From Lingula anatina (taxonomy: Eukaryota > Animalia > Brachiopoda), in assembly GCA_051362555.1 (NCBI GenBank), contig CM120648.1, forward strand, positions 18,472,587 to 18,536,586: DNA of 64,000 nucleotides, given 5' to 3'. Positions within the stretch are counted from its first letter, which is position 1. The number at the start of each line of letters is the position of its first letter. The position numbers and the translations under genes are program-made. The notes under the pieces are model-generated. The model was not told the origin of the DNA. It saw nothing but the letters and a program-made list of their open reading frames with translations, and ran no database searches. This document shows positions 1-9,965 of this stretch, piece by piece.

Positions 1-3000
1 GCCTGAAGACCTTTGATAGACAAATTTGTGTGGTCAGTCTGTTAATTCCCCTTGGGTATTCACAAGGCTAATTTCAGTGCTATAAACTCATTTACCTAAT
101 TAAGTAGCCATTTATTGAAATTTCATAAAGCACACTTGTTGATATTTCCCTGTTAAGCTCTCTGCTAGATAACATAGTGTCCATAATAAGGAAGCAGTGA
201 ATAACAGCTTCTTTGGGATTATTTTTTTGTTGTTTCTATTGAATTTTTTCTCCAACACTGGCATTTTTAATATGTGATTTTAACTCCCATCCACCTGAGG
301 CTCTGCACATTTTCAGTATTTCCACATAAGCAGCTGTATTGGTATTTATGTCTTTAAACACTCTGTAATATTACTTTATGCACTGTCATCATTTTTCATA
401 TATAGGGACTTTAATCATGTGAATTTTAACTCTCATGTTCCTGACATTGTAATCTTATTCAAAGGGTGGATTGAGACCATCTTCTGGGTCTCCTGGAAGA
501 CAGTCAGATTTTAAAGTTTATATTAACGGGTTTCTGTTGGAAGACTATCAAAATGGAGGATGGCTCAACAAAGATACTTTGGAATACTGTCAGAAAATAT
601 CTCTGAATCTGCTCCTGTTATTGACCATGTTACCTGTTGTGCATGATTAAAAATCAGTGTTGGCTGACTGTGCTATTATAAGCATTTATTATTGCATCAA
701 AATTGACATAATGACCTATTTTGCATCTTTTTTTTTCTGTTTTTTGTCTGTACATTTGACAGCTTTGCTGCCTTGTTTTTTTTTTTTTTTTTTGTATATA
801 AGTGTTTTTTCCTCAAATTTAATTCTCAGGCATGTTAACAGTCTCATTTTTTAACTAATTAGATATGTTAAGTTGTTCTTTTGACATTTTCCGCATCTTA
901 ACAATGTTGTTAGTTGATTATATAAAAATGATGGTAAACCTGACATTGTGTATTGTGTAATAAGTGTCAAAAATGGGGGAAAAAAACTTATATCTTTACA
1001 GTTTGTCAGATTCAACCATTCACTTTGTTCAGAATCTCAGAATGGAGCAAGTTGGACATTTATAATTGTTCTGTTGATATTTTTGCTTTGACAACATATT
1101 TTTTGATTGATCATATAAAAATGACAGTAGATTGATTATTTTTTTTATGTAAAAAAGGTGTTGAAAATGGAAATAATCTCTTTCAATACAATTTTCTCTT
1201 GTTTACATTTTGGGATTTTCAAAGTATGACATTTTCTGAATATCCATGATACTTTTATTTTATTATTAAAAATAATTATGGTTATAATGCTGTTAAGCAT
1301 TGTGTAATATTGCATTAAATTGAACAAAACCCTATTCTGGGCACTGCCTCTATTGTGGTGGTGAAAGGAAAAACCACTTGCTCTTCTCACACTTACAGGT
1401 AAGCAACATAGGACTGAAATACAGCTTCAGTTGAAAAAATGTTTCATTAGTTAATTGTTTGGAAGTAATACAGGTTTTTTGTGAAAATTTTTATCTTTCA
1501 CATGTTGCAATTTTCAGTGTGGGACTTATAGCTTACTTGGGCATGAAGCCCAGTTGTAATCAAATTTTCTTTATGTCTATGTTTTTAATAGTAGATATTT
1601 TAAAATTGGCGGTATTTTATTAGTTAATCATTATGTAATGTTGCATCAAAATTGACAAAAACCCTACTTTGTGCTCTGCCACCATTAATATTATGTAAAG
1701 TAAAGTGTTACTTTCTATTTTTTTAAATTATTCTTACAAGAATGATTCTTAGGATTGACATACAGCTCATATAAGAAAACCAGCTCTATTGGATTATCAT
1801 TTTTATTAAATTTATGCATTTTTGAAATTTTCATTTTTCTCATTCTGACACTTTCTTATTGTAAACTTGAACTCTGATGGGCCTGAAGCCTTATGCTTTT
1901 ACTTTCATCAGTGTTACCTGTTGTGCCTAATTAAAATTTGATGTTGACTGTGCAGTTAAACATAATGTATTATTGCATCAGAATTGGCAATCTCCTGTTT
2001 TTGTGCATTATTGTTTTCTGCTTTTCTTAAGGTGTGACTAATGGGCCTGAAGACCTTTGATAGACAAATTTGTGTGGTCAGTCTGTAAATTCCCTTTGGG
2101 TATTCACTAGGCTAAGTTCAGTGTTATAAACTCATTTGCCAAATTAAGTGGCCATTAAATGGAATTTCATAAGGCACACTTGTTGATATTTCCCTGTAAA
2201 CTCCCAAAGGTTAAAGGCATAATAACTCTTCGTATGAGACCTATATTTCACAATAAAAACCTTGTGAATAACTCATAGAAATATAATATATTCTGTTTTA
2301 CCACAAAAACAGCAGTTATAGCTTTTATTCTGATATTTGAACTTGTCTTTAGACCACGTGACCTCCACTGATGTCTATACTCTGTTAAAATCTCTTAAGA
2401 GATTTTAACAAAAAACCAAACTTTTTAGAAAAAAACCAGGGACTAACTTTGAATGTAAAAATGGATTCATTAACCATTGGTAAGTATGGGAAAATTGTTG
2501 TTTACTCCAAGAAAATTCATTTTTTGGCCGAAACGAAGAGTTATTATTGCTTTAAGCTCTCTGCTAGATAACATAGTGTCCATAATAAGGAAGCAGGGAA
2601 TAGCAGCTTCATTGGGATTATATTTCTGTTGTTTTCTTTTTAATTTTTTCTCCAACACTGGCATTTTTAAGATGTGACTTTTAACTCCCATCCACCTGAG
2701 GCTCTGCACATTTTCAGTATTTCCACATAAGCAGTTGTATTGGTATTTATGTCTTTAAATGCACTGTAATATTATTTTATGCACTGTCATCATTTTTCAT
2801 ATATTGGGACTTTCATCATGTGAATTTTAACTCTCATGGTCCTGAAACTGTAATTTTATTGAAGGGGTGGATTGAGACCATCTTCTGGGTCTCCTGGAAG
2901 ACAGTCAGACTTTAAAGTTTATATTAACGGGTTTCTGTTGGAAGACCATCAAAATGGAGGATGGCTCAACAAAGATACCTTGGATTACTGTCAGAAAATA

Positions 3001-3182
3001 TCTCTTGATCTGCTCCTGTTATTGGCCATTTTACCTGTTGTGCATGATTAAAAATCAGTGTTGACTGACTGTGCTATTATAAGCATTATTTATTATTGCA
3101 TCAAAATTGACAAAATGACCTATTTTTCATCTTTTTTTTTTCTTTTTTTTTCTGTACATTTGACAGCTTTGCTGCCTTGTTT
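1..3182 (+). repeat. Diverged tandem/segmental duplication (1-~780 repeated at 2045-3182) within a decayed ~300-bp-unit repeat region
   Basis: GCCTGAAGACCTTTGATAGACAAATTTGTGTGGTCAGTCTG occurs at 1 and 2045. The copies stay colinear to GACAGCTTTGCTGCCTTGTTT (~760 and ~3162), and copy 2 carries an extra ~350-bp insertion. The motif GGGC(A/C)TGAAG(C/A)C recurs at ~1539, 1879, 2043 and 3758. Confidence 0.85.
2215..2551. mobile_element. Non-autonomous TTAA-specific DNA transposon (Kolobok-like MITE), 337 bp
   Basis: TIRs AGGCATAATAACTCTTCGT / ACGAAGAGTTATTATTGCT, flanked by TTAA at 2211-2214 and 2552-2555. Empty paralogous site (single TTAA) at 153-156. A second copy lies at 56422-56757. Confidence 0.85.
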
Positions 3183-3946
3183 ATGATTTATATACCATTG
3201 TTTGTACAAAGACTATCTCCCTAGATGCATGTATGTTTAAAATATCACCAGTTTTTGACTGACTGCTTTTTTCTTTTTTCGACTGACCTTTAATGATACT
3301 ACGGGGTTGCCAGTTAGTTGGGAAAATAAAATTTCCAGACTCTTCACTGACCAAATTTTTTTATTCGCTGCCTAATACCACATAATTTTCCTGGCTCCAC
3401 CTCACCAACAACCTTCCAATCCATCCATAATTGTTTTGTTTTTTTTTTTTTTTTCTTAATCAAACCAACTTTTATTATGTAACGCATGCACCATTACCTC
3501 CAGCTCTTCTCATACACATGTCCCGAGTCCAAGCTTGTGACCTATTTTAATGGTACATGTTTTAAATCTTGATGTTGCCATATAGGCCTTAGAGTGGAGA
3601 CTTGGCACATTGAGGTTCAAGTCCTGCTCTCAAAACAATTGACTGGCCTTGGTATTATGATAATAGGTCTGCATATCTGGTTTTTCATGAATTTATGCCA
3701 ACATTGTTCATTTTTTTCTCATCTGGTGTTTTCATTGTGTGGAGATAAACACTCATGGGCCTGAAGCCTTATGCTAATTCCATATTCCAAATATCCATTT
3801 TACCTAGTAACTGAGCGTAATTAAATTTTGGTGTTTATTTTGCTGTTATTGCTTTAATACTAACAAAATAACATATTTTTTGCATCATTGTTTCCTGCTT
3901 TTTGTCTGAACATTTGATAGCAACCTTTTCATTTCTCTTCTTTAAG

Positions 3947-6683
3947 AGAAGCCAAGGAAGTGTTTCTGGACCTTGCAGAAATGCAGAGGAGGATCACTTC
4001 AGCAATATCCCTGTGTTTGGAAAAATCCTGCTCAGTATGAAGTATGACTACAGAAAAGGTTGGCTGATTATACATATTTACAGATGCCAAGACCTTGCTC
4101 CAGCTGATGTGAAGAAGAATAGATCTGATCCGTGAGTTTTTTTTTTTTTTTTTTGCTGTGTTTTTTGCAAGATACGGCATAATTTGAGATCTTAATACCA
4201 TGTGAAAGCAAAACATGCCATTTGTAGCTTATCTCAACAAAAACAAAATTCGTGGTGTTATCCAAATGTGTTGAACTTAATTCATTCACCTAATTTTTAC
4301 ACTGTTTTATTTATGATCGTAATATTTTAAAGTATCTCTGGGTTGCAGCTATGTCAAGACCTACCTCTTGCCAGATAAATCAAGAGGTGGGAAGAGAAAA
4401 ACAAAGATAAAGAAGAATACATTGAATCCAACATTTGATGAATCGCTGCATGTAAGTTTCAGCATAAACTGTAAAGAAAATAAAGAAAATACTGTTCTTT
4501 TAGTTGGTGCAAGGCTAAGCATTCATGGTGAGCAATTCAATGCATCAATAAATTGTTTTTTAATTAATGTACATGTTGTGATGTATCTGCTGACAGTCAC
4601 CCACTATCCTGTTTCAGTACATCATCACTAAGAATGAGCTGGAAAGAAGAACCCTGTGGTTGTCAGTCTGGCACAGTGTCAAGTTTGGCCACAATGTGCT
4701 CCTGGGTGATGTTGTTTTGCCTCTTAATAAACAGAACTTCAATGACACCTCACCACAGTGGTTCCAGCTATCAGGAGTAAGTTGGAGAAGTTACAGTAGT
4801 ATTCAAAGCAATGTTAAATATCAATTTTAAAAGCAGGTTGAAGCATATACAGCTACTTTTTAATGATGTTAATTATAATTTACAGACACATTGTGTTAAT
4901 TTAGTTTGTGAATCCCAAGTTTTTCTGCAATACAGGACCATATGGCTGCTGGGGATCGAGACCAAGCCGTTACTAATGTCACTGACCCTCACAGCATCAA
5001 AACAAAGAGTGGCCAAGTTCTAAACCAGGCTGATGTGGGCAACCAGTGGCAAAGGTCAACATTATTGGAGACATCATTACAACCCAACTTTGACAACCAG
5101 CAGGATGACTTCCAATCCCAGACAACAAGAAAGACTGTTGTATCAGACCAATACCAACAAAACCAATCATCATCACAACCTACCTTTGGCAACCAATGGT
5201 TGCAACAAGGCAATTTCCAATCTCAGACACTGCCTGGTGAGTCAGCAGGACCAAATATATCCTATCATCAACAAGGAGAATCCCAGCATAGCAGACTACC
5301 TCAGGAGCTAGTCACTGACCACCACCTGGAGCAACAAGGTGGTGACCACATTCAAACAAGGAGGAAATCAAGCCATGACTTCCAACCTTTACCACCACAA
5401 CAGGACCCTGTGGCTACTGAGGATCAAGACCAGGGAGTTACTGACCCTCAGACCATCAAAACAATGGGAAACGAAGCTCTTAACCAGGCCCATGGGGATA
5501 ATCAGTTAGAAAGTTTACCTACGACAGTGACACATGAGATTGCTGGGGTTCTAAGACAGATCCCCACTAATACAAGCAGCATGCATATTACATTCAATGT
5601 TCAGCAGAATTACCACAATTACTCAGAAAAGGAATCAATGCCAAGCATGAAAGAGAAAGATGTGACAGCGTCATTTCATAAACATGTCCCTACAAGTGTG
5701 AAAAAACGACTGAATGAGACATTTTCTCAAGATGATGTATGGAACCAAGTAAAGAAGATGTATGGCATTTCAGATGAAACCCCATGTCCTCCTGATGTTG
5801 TGTCTTCTTTGTTGTCACAAGTTGATGGTTCCATTGCATCTTTCATCAGTGTGTTGTTAAAGTTAAAAGAACGCCACAGAGAAGGACAGCAAGACATACC
5901 ACAAGATTTGATTAATGAAGTCAAGGTAACTGATAATATGGTCTAAAATATAGTCAAATAAAGTAACCAGTCTTTAAAGTTTTAAAATGACATTGACAAT
6001 TCATCTTGTGACTCTAAAACAATTTTTTTCCACATTTAAAACATTTTCTTTCTCTGTAAGTCCTAATTCAATTCAACAAAGTTTTTCATTTCTTCATATT
6101 CCAAGTGAAAGAGTAAGAATTAGAATTAAATGTATAAGACAATGGGTTGGCTGTTTGGGGTTACCAGTATTGCTAAGTGTATTGAAAGTCATTTACATAA
6201 CATCATGGTTTGAAGGAGTAGAAGTTGTAAATGTGGCTTATTATATTTCTCTTCTAGGAAGGACTTCTGAGTGAAATGGAGTACAACAAACTGAGGGAGA
6301 AAGTGATTGAATTTGCTGCGGAACTTTCCATTTATATGGAAAGAATTTTAGATTACCTGTATCAGTTTAGTGTAATACCAGATGAGGAGACAACAAAACT
6401 TAAAAATGATGCAAAGAGAAATCCGCAAGATGCATGTAGAGATTTGTTGAAAGCACTTCTTGCAATCAGTCCTAAAAAAGAACCAATTAAACATCTGAAA
6501 TCTGCATTCAGGGATTCTGGTCTTTGGCATCTGGCAGATGAACTAGAAGTCAGCTACCAGGATGTAGAGGATGAATTACAGAAACATGGAGGTGGCCAGC
6601 CTATTTGTGAAGAGCCGTTAGCAATAGGAATGGCAGCTCCCCCCACACCTGCTACAGGTGAAACCCCTACTGGAGAACATTAA
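3947..6683 (+). CDS. Spliced gene (3' part): Slp/SYTL-type C2A domain + Gln-rich linker + Death-like domain + CARD-like domain
   Basis: Exons 3947-4131, 4349-4451, 4618-4776, 4936-5925 and 6258-6683 have AG/GT boundaries and compatible phases (2,0,0,0), giving ~620 aa open to TAA. C2: [73 protein letters not shown]...RTLWLSVWH...LLGDVVLPL...QWFQL. Last exon: [15 protein letters not shown]...[10 protein letters not shown]...[14 protein letters not shown] (CARD-like). AATAAA at ~6790. The 5' exons were not identified. Confidence 0.8.
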
Positions 6684-7111
6684 AACTACATGTGTACATT
6701 ATTTGACAGTATGTGTCAAGATTGTTTATGCTATTTGGGTCACCGTGGACTAAGACATATGGTATTCCCACATATATTGACATCAGACAAATAAAGTGGT
6801 TGTCTGTATTTAATGATTTTGAACAAGCCTGCTGAAAAACTACAGTGATGCAGACATTTATCTATACTGTTCAGCATCAAATGTGACCCCTAACTTTTAA
6901 CAGGAAGATGACAGAAATTTTAAGCAAAACCCAGTGGACTATGAAACCATCAATCCTGTTAGGAGACTTCTTTGTTGATTTGTCTTAGATCTCCTAAAAC
7001 CTATGTTGTGTTCTTATTTTACAATACCAAAAACAACCTTAAGGTTGTCCCTCCAACCTTAAGGTGCGTCAGAGGACACTCTGTCCTCCTTTTTGACCAT
7101 ATTTATGTACA

Positions 7112-7797
7112 GTACAAGGTGTAAAACCAGTAGAAACAGGTACACTGTGCACCTATTACAGTGTCATGATCCTGTATATGTTATTATACCCATCTATGTA
7201 CAAGGTGTAAAACTAGTAGAAACAGGTACACTGTGCACCTATTACAGTGCCATGATCCTGTATATGTTATTATACCCATCTATGTACAAGGTGTAAAACC
7301 AGTAGAAACAGGTACACTGTGCACCTATTACAGTGTCATGATCCTGTATATGTTATTATACCCATCTATGTACAAGGTGTAAAACCAGTAAAAACAGGTA
7401 CACTGTGCACCTATTACAGTGTCATGATCCTGTACATGTTATTATACCCATCTATGTACAAGGTATAAAACCAGTAAAAACAGGTACACTGTGCACCTAT
7501 TACAGTGTCATGATCCTGTATATGTTATTATACCCATCTATGTACAAGGTATAAAACCAGTAAAAACAGGTACACTGTGCACCTATTACAGTGTCATGAT
7601 CCTGTATATGTTATTATACCCATCTATGTACAAGGTGTAAAACCAGTAGAAACAGGTACACTGTGCACCTATTACAGTGTCATGATCCTGTATGTGTTAT
7701 TATACCCATCTATGTACAAGGTGTAAAACCAGTAGAAACAGGTACACTGTGCACCTATAACAGTGCCATGATCCTGTATGTGCTATTATACCCATCT
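7112..7797 (+). repeat. Minisatellite, 86-bp unit x ~8
   Basis: TACACTGTGCACCTAT recurs at 7141, 7227, 7313, 7399, 7485, 7571, 7657 and 7743; units are near-identical. Confidence 0.95.
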
Positions 7798-8217
7798 GTT
7801 TAAACTAGCTTATAAATTACTCCTTTAGTTCATTCCCACAAACAAAAATGGATATTTGTAAAAAGCACTGTATATATGTTAAAAAGCATCCATATGTATT
7901 TTATGTAAATATATTATGATAATGTCAACACCATGTAATTTATGTAAATATATCCCCTTAAAGATGGCAACACTACAAATACGTGGGAAGGTGTTTTAAT
8001 ATGTAAAAGAATAGTTTGTAAAGTATAGTTTGATAATTTTACTAGTGTATGCATGTAAGTCCATTTATTATTTTAATATTATTCAAGGTGGATGTTTTTA
8101 TATGAAGTACTGTATAAAATTATATTTACAAGAACACTGTATATATGTAGAAAGTTTTAATAAGCACTTTATGTTGATATATATTCCCTGAAAGAAGACA
8201 GCACCACAGATATTTAT

Positions 8218-9001
8218 CAGGCCTACCCAACTACCAGACTCGGCACATAAGGTTCCTGAATTAACCGGTATATCGGACCACACTACTCGTTTTCAAAGGT
8301 GTGTGTCAGATCGCATTTCGGAGTATCAGTCAGAACACTGACAGGATGAGCCTGCAGTCGTCCTACAAAATTTGTTCTGGGGTATGATCCTCCAAAATGC
8401 AATATGACACACACCTTGAAAACGGGTAGTGTGGTCTGATATACTGGTTAATTCAGGATCCTTATCGTGTGCCGAGTCTGGTAGTTGGGTAGTGTGGTCT
8501 GATATACCGGTTAATTCAGGATCCTTATCGTGTGCTGAGTCTGGTAGTTGGGTAGTGTGGTCTGATATACCGGTTAATTCAGGATCCTTATCGTGTGCCG
8601 AGTCTGGTAGTTGGGTAGTGTGGTCTGATATACTGGTTAATTCAGGATCCTTATCGTGTGCCGAGTCTGGTAGTTGGGTAGTGTGGTCTGATATACCGGT
8701 TAATTCAGGATCCTTATCGTGTGCCGAGTCTGGTAGTTGGGTAGTGTGGTCTGATATACCAGTTAATTCAGGATCCTTATCGTGTGCCGAGTCTGGTAGT
8801 TGGGTAGTGTGGTCTGATATACCGGTTAATTCAGGATCCTTATCATGTGCCGAGTCTGGTAGTTGGGTAGTGTGGTCTGATATACCGGTTAATTCAGGAT
8901 CCTTATCGTGTGCCGAGTCTGGTAGTTGGGTAGTGTGGTCTGATATACCGGTTAATTCAGGATCCTTATCATGTGCTGAGTCTGGTAGTTGGGTAGGCCT
9001 G
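8218..9001. mobile_element. Non-autonomous TIR element (hAT5-like, 5-bp TSD) with the right TIR amplified into a 63-bp x 9 array
   Basis: Ends CAGGCCTACCCAACTACCAGACTCGGCAC / ...GAGTCTGGTAGTTGGGTAGGCCTG; inverted repeat ~90 bp; TTTAT directly flanks both ends. The array at ~8425-8996 explains the spurious repetitive ORF 8429..9037. Confidence 0.75.
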
Positions 9002-9200
9002 TTTATGTGTGCAGAAAATATAATTCTATTCGGTTGAGCGAAGTGAATAAGAATGGAATTATTTTCTCCTAGGGGGCGACACTGTATACATTGTGTTAGT
9101 TGTGCTAGTGGTAAGAATTGTGGGTAAGTTACGACAGTTGTTCATTCGACCAGTTAGCGCAGATCAGTCTACACGTAAATTTTTGAGAGCGCAATTTTCA

Positions 9201-9965
9201 ATGGAGACAGAGGGCGTTTCCCTAAAACAAATTCTTGAGTCCGTACAGTCGCAGGCGGAATCGTTAAAAGACCTTAAGGCTCAAGTGACTTCCGAGCTGG
9301 AAAGTTTAAAAAGTGAAGTACATGGTTCTTCTAACAAAGTTAAAAAGATTAAAGACGAGGTTTCCACCAAATGGCGTCAAGAGGGCAACCGAATTCAGTT
9401 TGAATTCAATACCGAGCTAGAAGAACTTTTGACGCAGGTAATCTGGGCAGTAGATAACAGCAAACCTGACTACGCTAAAGAAGTTATCTTTACCATTTCC
9501 GATAAGTTGAAGAAGAGGAACAAGCTTATTAAGTTAGCTGATACCAGCGAAGGAGGGTGGGGCACGGTCCGTTATTACGAAGCGAATCCTTTGGCTAGTG
9601 ACTCTGAGGATGAAAAGAAGATCAATAGAGCGGAAAGCAAGGCATTGAAAAAGCGTAAATTGAGCAAACCTATTTCGAAGGGAAGTCATGGCTCCAGCAA
9701 ATCTAACGTTAGTAGTGCTGATTCTGTTTACCGTGCCCAGCCTCTTTTTCGTGGACAACAATGGGCGTTTCCCCGTGCAGCATCAGGAGCAGTCAGTCCA
9801 GGTTCTTTCATGCCAACAGCAACCTCTTCCGCTGTCAGCCCCTACGGACAAGGAAGGAGTGGGTCGTGTTTTGCGTGTGGATCCTTCGGCCATTGGAGGA
9901 GAGATTGTCCCTTCACTAAAGCAGCAGGAAGTGCACCAGGAGTCTCAAAGACCAGTTGTCCATGA
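9201..9965 (+). CDS. gag: Gag-like protein of the YR retrotransposon (coiled coil + CCHC zinc knuckle)
   Basis: ATG at 9201 just after repeat A1; KRNKLIKLADTSEGGWGTVRYYEANPLASDSEDEKKI motif typical of DIRS-order gag; zinc knuckle CFACGSFGHWRRDC. Confidence 0.85.
   Translation: METEGVSLKQILESVQSQAESLKDLKAQVTSELESLKSEVHGSSNKVKKIKDEVSTKWRQEGNRIQFEFNTELEELLTQVIWAVDNSKPDYAKEVIFTISDKLKKRNKLIKLADTSEGGWGTVRYYEANPLASDSEDEKKINRAESKALKKRKLSKPISKGSHGSSKSNVSSADSVYRAQPLFRGQQWAFPRAASGAVSPGSFMPTATSSAVSPYGQGRSGSCFACGSFGHWRRDCPFTKAAGSAPGVSKTSCP

Noticed and set aside
465-650. Open frame GGLRPSSGSPGRQSDFKVYINGF... conserved in both duplicate copies; possible upstream exon of the C2 gene
   Set aside because: No convincing splice donor, no recognisable domain, and the conservation is explained by recent duplication.
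8429-9037. 202-aa ORF of 21-aa repeats; CRISPR-like appearance
   Set aside because: It is a pure tandem 63-bp array with no unique spacers, derived from a TIR, and has no cas genes nearby.
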